Shown: one piece after another, positions 10,226-18,371 of the stretch
Layout of the letters: every line of letters starts with the position of its first letter
Position numbering within the stretch: the stretch's first letter is position 1
NCBI GenBank assembly: GCA_041613315.1
Contig: JBFJHJ010000022.1
Span: 1 to 51,324 of the forward strand
Reading direction: 5' to 3'
Length of the DNA: 51,324 nt
From: Gemmatimonadales bacterium
Lineage (GTDB): Bacteria; Gemmatimonadota; Gemmatimonadetes; Gemmatimonadales; GWC2-71-9
Notes under the pieces: model-generated
What the model saw: only the letters and a program-made list of their open reading frames with translations
Told to the model about the DNA's origin: nothing
The model's database searches: none
Made by a program: the position numbers and the translations under genes

Positions 10226-10987
10226 GTGCGGCCACGATATCACCCCGGGCGGGCCAGCCCCGCGCTCGTCGCCGGATTGATGCTCGCCACGATCGCGCCG
10301 GCGGCCGCCCAGTTTCCGCCGGACTCGCTCACAAACCTCGAGTTCTTCCCGAAGGACACGCAGGTCCGAGCCCACATCGGGACCATGCGGGCGTTCTCCT
10401 TCGCCCTCGGCGTTCGATGCGAACACTGCCACGTGGGTGAGCCGGGCCAACCCCTCGAGACGTTCGACTTCCCCTCAGACGAAAAGCGCACCAAACGCAC
10501 CGCGCGGGTCATGCTCCGCATGGTGCAGGAGATCAACCGGAAGCACCTGCCGGACGTGGTGGCGCGCCCCCCGGACACGGTGGCGGTAGAGTGCGTGACG
10601 TGCCATCGGGGGCTCGCCCGACCGAAGACGATCCAGCAGGTGCTAGGGGAGGCGATCGCCGCGGGAGGACTCGACTCGGCGGTCGTCACGTATCGCCGCC
10701 TGCGCCAGCAGTACTACGGCGGCGCCGAGTACGACTTCGCGCGGGGGGCGCTCAACGAGTTCGCGATGGGTCGCGCCCGGCGCGGCGACGCCGAAACCGC
10801 CCTCGGCCTTCTCGAACTGAACGCGGATCTCAACCCGACCTCCGAGATGGTCCAACTCTACCTTGGGGAGGTTCACCTGTCTCGCGGCGACACCACGCGC
10901 GCGCTGGCGAGCTACCACAAGGCGCTCGAGATCAACCCGGACCTCCTATTTGCACAGCGCCGCATCGACGACGTGACGAAGCCCTGA
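10226..10987 (+). CDS. Exported diheme c-type cytochrome with C-terminal TPR
   Basis: Signal peptide, CEHCH and CVTCH, TPR (YLGEVHLSRGDTTRALASYHKALEINP); RBS aggaga. Confidence 0.85.
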   Translation: MRPRYHPGRASPALVAGLMLATIAPAAAQFPPDSLTNLEFFPKDTQVRAHIGTMRAFSFALGVRCEHCHVGEPGQPLETFDFPSDEKRTKRTARVMLRMVQEINRKHLPDVVARPPDTVAVECVTCHRGLARPKTIQQVLGEAIAAGGLDSAVVTYRRLRQQYYGGAEYDFARGALNEFAMGRARRGDAETALGLLELNADLNPTSEMVQLYLGEVHLSRGDTTRALASYHKALEINPDLLFAQRRIDDVTKP

Positions 10988-11054
10988 GCGGCCGGCCACG
11001 GCCCGCCCACGCCCCCGGCGCTATAGTATTGGGCAGGGCAAGCCAGGCGGACGT

Positions 11055-11315
11055 GTGACCGACCCTCTCAAGCTCGAACGGCTCGCCGCATGGGAAGAGC
11101 GCGGCGTCGCCTATTACATGTACGCCTCCCCGGAATCCCCAGGGGGTCGGGTCATCGTGCTCACCTCCGTCGGACCCGAGGGGGAACATCGCTGGGTCGT
11201 TCTGCCGCGGGGCGGCCCGGCCGCCGCGGACCTATCCACCCGCTGGAAAGCCGCATCCGACGAGGAGCGCACCAAGCTGGCGGAGGCGCTGCTCCGAGGG
11301 ACCCGGTCCGCATGA
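11055..11315 (+). CDS. Hypothetical protein (86 aa)
   Basis: Protein-like composition; stop overlaps MOSC start (ATGA); TATAGT at 11022-11027 upstream. Confidence 0.6.
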   Translation: MTDPLKLERLAAWEERGVAYYMYASPESPGGRVIVLTSVGPEGEHRWVVLPRGGPAAADLSTRWKAASDEERTKLAEALLRGTRSA

Positions 11316-11821
11316 TTCGCGACGGTGGCTCGACCCACGCGCAGGTCGAGGCGATTTACGTCGCCTCGACCGGTGGGGCCGGAATGCAGCAGGTCGAGAC
11401 GATCGAGGCGGTCGCCGGACGCGGCCTCGCCGGCGACCGCTACCTGGAACGCACCGGCTACTGGTCCGGTACGGACGAGTGCCAGGTGACCCTGATCGAA
11501 GGCGAAGGCCTCGACCGGATCGCGGCAGAGACCGGCATCCAGGTGGCACACGGCGAGCACCGGCGCAACATCGTGACGCGGGGAGCGCGGCTGGACGGAC
11601 TCGCCGGCAAGCGGTTTCGTGTCGGCAGGGCGGTGCTCGAATACGACCGCCCCCGACCGCCATGCTCCTACATCCAGTCCATCACGCAGCCGGGGATGAC
11701 GCGGGCCCTCGCCGCGGACAGGCGCGGCGGCATCTGCGCCCGGGTCGTTCGAGCGGGCGCCATCCGCACCGGCGACCGCATTGAAATCATCGAAGGCGCA
11801 GTGACCCCGGCCGAGCGCTAG
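11312..11821 (+). CDS. MOSC domain protein
   Basis: GLAGDRY, QVTLIE, RRNIVTRG, RPPC (conserved Cys), RGGICARVVRAGAIRTGD; ATG at 11312. Confidence 0.88.
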   Translation: MIRDGGSTHAQVEAIYVASTGGAGMQQVETIEAVAGRGLAGDRYLERTGYWSGTDECQVTLIEGEGLDRIAAETGIQVAHGEHRRNIVTRGARLDGLAGKRFRVGRAVLEYDRPRPPCSYIQSITQPGMTRALAADRRGGICARVVRAGAIRTGDRIEIIEGAVTPAER

Positions 11822-11838
11822 CCGTCCGCCTCGAACAG

Positions 11839-11867
11839 AAGCGGCAGGGGTGTGCCCCCTGCCGCTT
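11839..11867. terminator. Hairpin between convergent MOSC and Spy-like genes, probable bidirectional terminator
   Basis: Perfect 12-bp stem aagcggcagggg/cccctgccgctt, 5-nt loop. Confidence 0.65.
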
Positions 11868-11896
11868 GGCATTCGCGCGCCGTCGACCGCCCGAGA

Positions 11897-12472
11897 TTAC
11901 CGGCGCGGGTGGCGGTGCTCACCGCCTTCCTGGTGGGGCGCCTCGGGTCGCCGCATCCGCCGCTCCATCCGCTGGCGCATCATATCCTGCGCGTCCAGCC
12001 AACCGGCCACCCGGCCGCGCTGCTCCGCCGTCAGAACGCCTTTCGCTTCCGCGGCGGCGCCGAGCATGGCGAGCTGGGCCTCCTGCTGAGCGCGCATCAT
12101 CGCTTGGGCGTGCGTCCGCACGGCCCTCGCATCGGGGCGGTCGGCCTGAAACGCCTGTAGGAGCTGCTCACGATGGGCCGTCGCGTCCGCCTCGACCTTC
12201 TCGTGCGCCTGCTGGAGCTGCTGCCCCAGCGCTTCCAACCGCGTCACCTGCTCCGCCGTGAGCCCCAAGGCCTCACGGTGCTCCAACAGCCGCGGCGGCG
12301 CGTACGCACCGACCCGACGCATCGGATCCATCATCTCGCGCATGTGCTGCATGTGTTCCATCCCGGGCTGTGCCCGCTCGGGCATTCGCTCGCGTTCCTG
12401 GGCACGGGCCGGATGGCTGACCACTCCGCCCACGGCGAGGGCGGTCGCCAGCAGCGCTACTCGGTATTGCAT
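11897..12472 (-). CDS. Spy/CpxP family periplasmic chaperone-like protein
   Basis: Signal peptide ending PARA-Q, two LTAEQ motifs, Met/His-rich N-terminus; RBS aggag. Confidence 0.8.
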   Translation of the reverse strand: MQYRVALLATALAVGGVVSHPARAQERERMPERAQPGMEHMQHMREMMDPMRRVGAYAPPRLLEHREALGLTAEQVTRLEALGQQLQQAHEKVEADATAHREQLLQAFQADRPDARAVRTHAQAMMRAQQEAQLAMLGAAAEAKGVLTAEQRGRVAGWLDAQDMMRQRMERRMRRPEAPHQEGGEHRHPRR

Positions 12473-12618
12473 GGCTCGACACTCCTGTTGGTGATGGTTC
12501 CCTGCACCGTCCTGTCTTAGACGACATGGCCGACGCCCCGTTAAGGGGGCCGGCCGAGTCATGATGGCCCCACGCCCCACAGCCGGGAGTGAAGGGCGCA
12601 TGAAGGCGTGAGGACCGT

Positions 12619-13464
12619 TCAGTTGCCCAGTACCTGGCGCAAGAACGAGATCGTTCGCGGCCACGCTTGCCTCGTGGCCCTGAGATTGGCGCCATCCCGA
12701 CCCTCCTGGGCCCGCAGGAAGCCGTGCCCGGCGCCATCGTAGATCTCCACTTCGTAGGTCTTCCCGAGGCGGGCCATCTCCCGCTGCGCCGGCTCGATGG
12801 TGGCGTTCACCCGGGCGTCGTCACCGCCGTACAGGCCAAGGATCTTTGCCGTCGCGGATCCCAGCGCTTCCGTGGGCGGTGAGCTGCCGTAGTAGACCAC
12901 GGCCGCCTGGAGGCCGGCCCACATCGTGGCGTACCGGAAACTCGTGCTTCCGCCCCAGCAGAACCCGATGCTGGCCACGGCGTTGCGGGCGGCGGGGCGG
13001 GAGACGCCGTAGCGAGCTGCGGCATTCAGTCGGCGAGTCACCTCTCCCGGGTCCAACGCACGAATCAGCCGAACGGCGCCTTGCTGGTCGACCGACGCAG
13101 TGCCACCACCCCCGGGTCCCTTGCCGCTCAGCAGGTCGGGGGCGACCGCGATGAACCCATCGGCCGCCAGCTGGTCCGCCACCGCTCGGATCCAATCGGT
13201 GAGCCCGTAGATCTCATGTATCACGATGACCACCGGCGCGGGGTCGCGACGCTCGGGATAGACGACCCACGCTGTGACGCTATCGCCACCGCCGACATCG
13301 TAGCGCACCCACTCGCCATGGCGCGGCGACGCCTCGAGGCGCTGGACGGCCGCGGCGCCGGACGCGGGCACCGCCTGGGCCCTCAGCGGCGCGGAGCCAC
13401 CGGCAATCAGGAGCGCCACGAGCAGCGGCGCCATCTTCCTCCGACACTGGATCGAGATCGACAT
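12619..13464 (-). CDS. Dienelactone hydrolase family protein, probably exported
   Basis: HEIYGL, GFCWGG (Cys nucleophile), GAGHGF; signal-like N-terminus. Confidence 0.9.
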   Translation of the reverse strand: MSISIQCRRKMAPLLVALLIAGGSAPLRAQAVPASGAAAVQRLEASPRHGEWVRYDVGGGDSVTAWVVYPERRDPAPVVIVIHEIYGLTDWIRAVADQLAADGFIAVAPDLLSGKGPGGGGTASVDQQGAVRLIRALDPGEVTRRLNAAARYGVSRPAARNAVASIGFCWGGSTSFRYATMWAGLQAAVVYYGSSPPTEALGSATAKILGLYGGDDARVNATIEPAQREMARLGKTYEVEIYDGAGHGFLRAQEGRDGANLRATRQAWPRTISFLRQVLGN

Positions 13465-13804
13465 GAACCCCCCTTTGGGATACACCCCGGCGCCGTCGTG
13501 GGAGCGTCCCCGCCGACCCGACGCCACTTCCTCAACTTCCGAACGTTACGCGCGATGACCGGACACATCCAGGCGGGATCGAGACCAGCCAGCCGTTCGC
13601 AACGCGAGGCACGGGCCGGCCACCGCCTTCGCGCCGGGGGCACCATTTGGAACCGGCAGCGAAAACGCGAGGTTTCCGTGGCGAGTGGCGCCTCAGTCGC
13701 GGACGGTCGGCGCCCGTAGTATCGTTGCCTCGTGACCGGCCGCCTTCAAGTTCCTCATAAACTAGCTCGTGCCAACCGCCAATCCCGAGTGGAGTTACGA
13801 ACAC

Positions 13805-14680
13805 ATGCTCACGCGAAATCTCGGACCTGGGGCGACGGTCGTGTCGTGCATCGGTTTCGGCGGCATGCCCCTTTCGATCACCGACCGACCGCCTGAGGAT
13901 CAGGCGATACGCGTGATCCACGCCGTGCTTGACGCGGGTGTGACGCTGATCGACACCGCCGACGTTTACTGCCTGGACGACAACGACATCGGCCATAACG
14001 AACGGCTGATCGGGGCGGCCCTGCGATCCTGGTCGGGCGATCGTCACGCCGTTGTCGTCGCCACGAAAGGTGGGCTCACCCGGCCGCAGGGGCGCTGGGA
14101 ACGTGATGCCCGGCCCGATCGCCTGAAACGTGCATGCGAGCGGTCACTTGCCGCCCTGGGCATCGAGCGGATCGACCTCTATCAGCTCCACGCCCCGGAT
14201 CCGGCCGTGCCGTTTGCCGACAGCGTCGGAGCACTGTCCGATCTGCGATCCCAGGGCCGTATCCGCTGGGTCGGACTGTCGAACGTGTCGGTCCGCGAGA
14301 TCGAGATCGCCCGCGCGATCGTTCCCGTCGTCAGCGTGCAGAACCGGCTCAACCCGTTCTTCCGGGAAGCGCTGGAGACCGGCGTCGTGCGACACTGCGC
14401 CACGCACGGCATCGCCTTCATCGCCTACAGTCCGCTGGGCGGCGGACGTCTCAACAGGAAGCTACCTGACCATCCCGTCCTGCGAGACCTCGGAAAGCGG
14501 CACGGAGCCTCGGCGCACGCCGTGGCAGTCGCGTGGGTCCTCGCCACGGGTCCCACCGTGCTCCCGATACCGGGTGCCCGATCGGTGGACCACGCTCTGG
14601 ATTCGGTTGGCGCCGCCGAGCTCGAGCTGACGGCGGAGGAGCGGATGGCGATCGACGACGCGCCGTTCTCGCGCGTGTGA
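13805..14680 (+). CDS. Aldo/keto reductase
   Basis: IGFGGM, IDTADVY, ATKGG, IDLYQLH, GLSNV, YSPLGGG, PIPG. Confidence 0.92.
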   Translation: MLTRNLGPGATVVSCIGFGGMPLSITDRPPEDQAIRVIHAVLDAGVTLIDTADVYCLDDNDIGHNERLIGAALRSWSGDRHAVVVATKGGLTRPQGRWERDARPDRLKRACERSLAALGIERIDLYQLHAPDPAVPFADSVGALSDLRSQGRIRWVGLSNVSVREIEIARAIVPVVSVQNRLNPFFREALETGVVRHCATHGIAFIAYSPLGGGRLNRKLPDHPVLRDLGKRHGASAHAVAVAWVLATGPTVLPIPGARSVDHALDSVGAAELELTAEERMAIDDAPFSRV

Positions 14681-14892
14681 TGGCTCGCGGCGCGTTACTT
14701 ATCCGCGCCAAGAATGTCTCAATTACGACACCCTACGCCCCACATCGGGCCTTGTAACACGTCCCAGTATCTCGCAAGCTGGCTCTTGGCGTCGCGAACG
14801 ACAACGCAAGCGCCGGATCCTGCGCGGACTGCAGTCGGTGGCGCCGGCTGCTCGCGCCCCCGGTTCATCCGGCGCGGTCGAGAGGAGATCTC

Positions 14893-15276
14893 ATGCGTCT
14901 TTTCACACCACTCCACTGCCTGCTGCCGACGGTGGCAGCCGTCGGCCTGGCGCTTGGCGGCACGGCGCGCCCGGCGGCGGCGGCCGGCGATGCGCTCGAG
15001 CCCAGATCGCAGGTGGCCGACACCCTCACGGGCACGTGCCTTTCCATCGACGCCGCAGCCGGTACGTTCCGCCTGATCACCGGTGTGTCGCACGCGCTCA
15101 AGGTCGTGACACTGCGCGTCGACCAGCAGAGCCGCATCACGATGGAGGGTCGGCCCGCACGGCTGGACGAGTTGGGCGCGGGCCTCGTGCTCCACATCGA
15201 GTATCAACGGACGCCCGCCGGCAATCGTGTCCAGCGCCTGGAGGCGCGACGGATGTCTGAAGGTGGTGGAACATGA
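14893..15276 (+). CDS. Exported small beta-rich hypothetical protein (OB-fold/DUF5666-like)
   Basis: Signal peptide; pattern SRITMEGRPARLDELGAGLVLHIEY; RBS gaggaga; overlaps next start (ATGA). Confidence 0.65.
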   Translation: MRLFTPLHCLLPTVAAVGLALGGTARPAAAAGDALEPRSQVADTLTGTCLSIDAAAGTFRLITGVSHALKVVTLRVDQQSRITMEGRPARLDELGAGLVLHIEYQRTPAGNRVQRLEARRMSEGGGT

Positions 15277-16436
15277 GCGCGGTGAGAGATGTCCGCTCGG
15301 CGGCACTGCTCACCGCGGGCCTGCTGATCTTCGTCGCCTGCCCCAAACCGCCGCAGCTCGGCGACCCGATTCGCGGCCTCACCGCAGCGCAGCGTACGCA
15401 GTTCGACGCGGGACGCCCGATCTTCGATAGTGTGTTCACGGCGGCGACCGGATTGGGCCCCCTCTTCAACGGCACGGGATGCGCAACCTGCCACGCGCAG
15501 CCCGTCTCGGGCGGTGGCGGCGTCATCACCGAAATCCACGCGAGCGCCGTCTTGCCGAACGGGTTCTGCGACCCCCTCGCCGATCGCGGCGGCCCGGTCT
15601 TTCAGCAGCAGTTCACCGCGGCACTCCGCGACGCCCTCGGCATCGACTCCGAGCCGATTCCCGCGGGAGCCGACCGGGCGACCCGTACGACGCCGGACGT
15701 GTTCGGGTTCGGATTCCTGGACGCAGTGCCGGAGGAGACGATCCTCGCGCTGGCCGATCCGGATGACCGCGATGGCGACGGCATCTCCGGCCGCGTGAAC
15801 CGGTTCTTCGACGGGCGGGTGGGGCGATTCGGCCGCAAAGCGCTCGTCCCAACGCTCGCCGAGTTCAACGAAGGCGCCTTTCAGATCGAACAGGGCGTCA
15901 CGGTACCCAACATCCCGGACGAGGGAACCGTCGCCGGACAGCCGATCCCGCCGGGCGTGGACCCGCTGCCGGAGCCGGAGCTCGACGCCGAACGGGTCGC
16001 GCTCACCGACGCCTTCACACGGTTCCTGGCACCGCCGGCCCCGATGAAGCTGAGCAGGCAAGCGCGGGAGGGCCGGGCGCACTTCGCGGAGATCGGATGT
16101 GCGAAGTGCCACACACCGACGCTACGGACGGGCGATCACCCGATCAGGGCGTTCGCGAACCGCGAGGTCACGGCGTACACCGACCTGTTGCTCCACGACA
16201 TGGGCGCCGAGCTGGCGGATATCTGCCTCGGATTGGTGGCCGGACGGTCCGAGTTCCGTACGGAGCCATTGATGGGGCTGCGGCACGCGGCCCGGTTCCT
16301 GCACGATGGGCGTGCGCCGACCATCGAAGCCGCGATCCTGCTGCATGGCGGCGAGGCGTCGTCGTCGCGCGATGCGTTTCAGGCGCTGACGCCCGCCCAG
16401 CGCGAGGCGATTCTCGCGTTCTTGAATTCGCTGTAG
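15273..16436 (+). CDS. Di-heme oxidoreductase (DHOR/DUF1111-like) lipoprotein
   Basis: Lipobox FVAC; GLGPLFN-CATCH, DPDDRDGDGISGR, GRFGRKA, CAKCH, YTDLLLHDMG, FRTEPLMG, FLHDGRA. Confidence 0.85.
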   Translation: MSAVRDVRSAALLTAGLLIFVACPKPPQLGDPIRGLTAAQRTQFDAGRPIFDSVFTAATGLGPLFNGTGCATCHAQPVSGGGGVITEIHASAVLPNGFCDPLADRGGPVFQQQFTAALRDALGIDSEPIPAGADRATRTTPDVFGFGFLDAVPEETILALADPDDRDGDGISGRVNRFFDGRVGRFGRKALVPTLAEFNEGAFQIEQGVTVPNIPDEGTVAGQPIPPGVDPLPEPELDAERVALTDAFTRFLAPPAPMKLSRQAREGRAHFAEIGCAKCHTPTLRTGDHPIRAFANREVTAYTDLLLHDMGAELADICLGLVAGRSEFRTEPLMGLRHAARFLHDGRAPTIEAAILLHGGEASSSRDAFQALTPAQREAILAFLNSL

Positions 16437-16443
16437 CGTGCTA

Positions 16444-17421
16444 CTAGGCGAGCGGCCTGGTGCCTCGCGTTCCGCGGCGCTGGACCGATACCCCGCCGGC
16501 CTCGTCGAAGTAACGGGAACACGCTGAGCGCAGCACCGCGGCGATCTCCGCGACGGTGGCCGGCCGCTCCTCGGGGCGTTTGGCCAGCGCGCGGCGCAGC
16601 GCGTCCTCGATATCGGGCGGCACGTCGGCCCTGACCCCCCGCAGTCCGGGGGGCGGAGCATTCCAGTGCTGGTAGGCAACCCGCTCCACCGAGTCCCCGC
16701 TGAACGGCGGGCTCCCCACGAGCATCTCGTAGAGTACGCAGGCCAGGCTGTAGATGTCGCTCCGGGCATCCAGGGCGGTGGCGCCTTCCGCCTGCTCCGG
16801 ACTCATGTACTCGGGCGTCCCGACGATGAGACTCGGCGGCGTCCAAGATGTCTCCCGGCATCCGTCGCACACCGCTCGTGCGATTCCGAAGTCCGCGATC
16901 ACCGCATGTCCATCCGACAACAGAATGTTTTCCGGCTTGATGTCGAGATGGACGACGCCGTGCCGATGGGCGTAGGCGAGCGCATCGGCCACTTCACGCC
17001 CGATCCGCATCACCTCCTCGAGTGGGAACCGACCGGAGGCGACGAGCCGCGCGCGCAGCGTCGGCCCATCGACGTAGGGAGTCACGAAATAGAGGATTTC
17101 GTCCTCGGAGCCCGAATCCAGCAGCGGCAGGATGTGGGGATGCTGGAGAGCGGCGGTGATCCGGATCTCGCGGAGAAACCGCTCCGTCCCCACCGCGGTC
17201 GCGAAACCGGGGCCCAGGACTTTGACCGCCACCCGCCGGTCGTGCTTCAAGTCCCAGCCGAGATACACCGTCGCGCTCCCGCCTCGGCCGATGGGCCGGC
17301 GGATCGCGTAGCGATCGGCCACGGCCGACCGGAGCCGCTCGAGATGGGCGGCGGCCTCAACCCGAGGCGCTGCGGCGCGCCGCGGGCCGGAAATCGAGTA
17401 CCGCTCGGAAAGAATCCCCAT
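16444..17421 (-). CDS. Soluble single-domain Ser/Thr kinase, non-RD, CxxC in activation loop
   Basis: GRGGSATVY, VAVK, HLDIKPEN, DFGIARAVCDGC, GTPEYMSPEQ; no TM; AGGAGG 13 nt upstream of ATG 17421. Confidence 0.85.
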   Translation of the reverse strand: MGILSERYSISGPRRAAAPRVEAAAHLERLRSAVADRYAIRRPIGRGGSATVYLGWDLKHDRRVAVKVLGPGFATAVGTERFLREIRITAALQHPHILPLLDSGSEDEILYFVTPYVDGPTLRARLVASGRFPLEEVMRIGREVADALAYAHRHGVVHLDIKPENILLSDGHAVIADFGIARAVCDGCRETSWTPPSLIVGTPEYMSPEQAEGATALDARSDIYSLACVLYEMLVGSPPFSGDSVERVAYQHWNAPPPGLRGVRADVPPDIEDALRRALAKRPEERPATVAEIAAVLRSACSRYFDEAGGVSVQRRGTRGTRPLA

Positions 17422-17530
17422 TTGCCAGGAAAACCCTCCTATGACCACCAGGTTCCCCGCTCGCCCGCCCGACTCCACCCGTTCCCGTGGGCGCCGCGCC
17501 GCAGGGCCACCGCGCCCGGCCCCAGGGGTG

Positions 17531-17607
17531 GTAACCCATATATCAACTGATCGCCGGTTAGAATATGGGTTGCTTGACATAACCTGTCAAGTGGTGCATG
17601 ATGGTTA
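17531..17607. promoter_or_regulatory. Overlapping divergent sigma70-type promoters with inverted-repeat operator candidates
   Basis: + strand TTGACA(17574-79)-N17-CATGAT; - strand TTGACA(17590-85)-N17-CATATT; TAACC-N19-GGTTA (17532-60) and TAACC-N18-GGTTA (17580-607); AACCCATAT/ATATGGGTT. Confidence 0.7.
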
Positions 17608-17619
17608 TATGGTGACTCG

Positions 17620-18294
17620 ATGACACCCCTGTCGCAAACCACGAACCCCGGATCGCCGGACGCGCCGAAACTCATCGGCGGCCGCCTGAGCCTGGACTTC
17701 ACCAATACGGTGAGCGGACGGCACGCCGGAGCGCGCAAGGACTACCTCACGACCTACGAGGATCTCGTGCGCTGGAGCGTCCACGCCGGCGCCCTCGAAC
17801 GAGCCGCCACCCGCGCCCTGCACGGCGCGGCACGGCGGCGTCCGGACGAAGCGGCGGCGGTGCTGCGGCGCGCGGTGGAGCTGCGTGAGGCACTGTTCCG
17901 GATCTTCACCAGTGCGAGCGCGGGACAGCAGCCGTCCGCCGCCGATCTAGCCATGTTGAACCGGGAGTGGGGGGAGGCGTTACGGCACCTCGAGCTCGCC
18001 GGCGGTGAGCCGTGCTGCACGGTGCGGTACGCGGCACCGCACCAGGCGCTCGACAGCATGCTCTGGGCGATCGCACGATCCGCCACCGAGTTGTTGACCT
18101 CGGACGACGTGCGCCGAGTCAAGGCGTGCGGCGACGACAGCTGCGCCTGGCTGTTCTGCGATGAGAGCCGTAACCGGAGCCGCCGGTGGTGCGACATGCG
18201 CGACTGCGGCAATCGCGCGAAGGCGAGACGCCACTACGCTCGTCGCCGAGCCTCCGAACGCCGACGACGCGGCGCAAGCTCCCGCGAGCGCTAG
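17620..18294 (+). CDS. ABATE / CGNR zinc-finger protein (putative stress-responsive regulator)
   Basis: GGRLSLDFTNT; KACGDDSCAWLFCDESRNRSRRWCDMRDCGNRAKARRHY. Confidence 0.92.
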   Translation: MTPLSQTTNPGSPDAPKLIGGRLSLDFTNTVSGRHAGARKDYLTTYEDLVRWSVHAGALERAATRALHGAARRRPDEAAAVLRRAVELREALFRIFTSASAGQQPSAADLAMLNREWGEALRHLELAGGEPCCTVRYAAPHQALDSMLWAIARSATELLTSDDVRRVKACGDDSCAWLFCDESRNRSRRWCDMRDCGNRAKARRHYARRRASERRRRGASSRER

Positions 18295-18371
18295 GACGCG
18301 GCAACGCCGCGAACCTCGGTGGTCTCCGGATCGAGCGGGCGACAGGCGCTGAGGCGCCCCCGAGCCCCCCG

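Noticed and set aside
10226..10987. Photosynthetic reaction-centre cytochrome PufC
   Set aside because: Only two CxxCH plus a TPR, and no puf or bch genes in the window; PufC is typically tetraheme.
13760..13775. TTGGCACG on the minus strand as a sigma54 promoter
   Set aside because: No GC at the -12 position.
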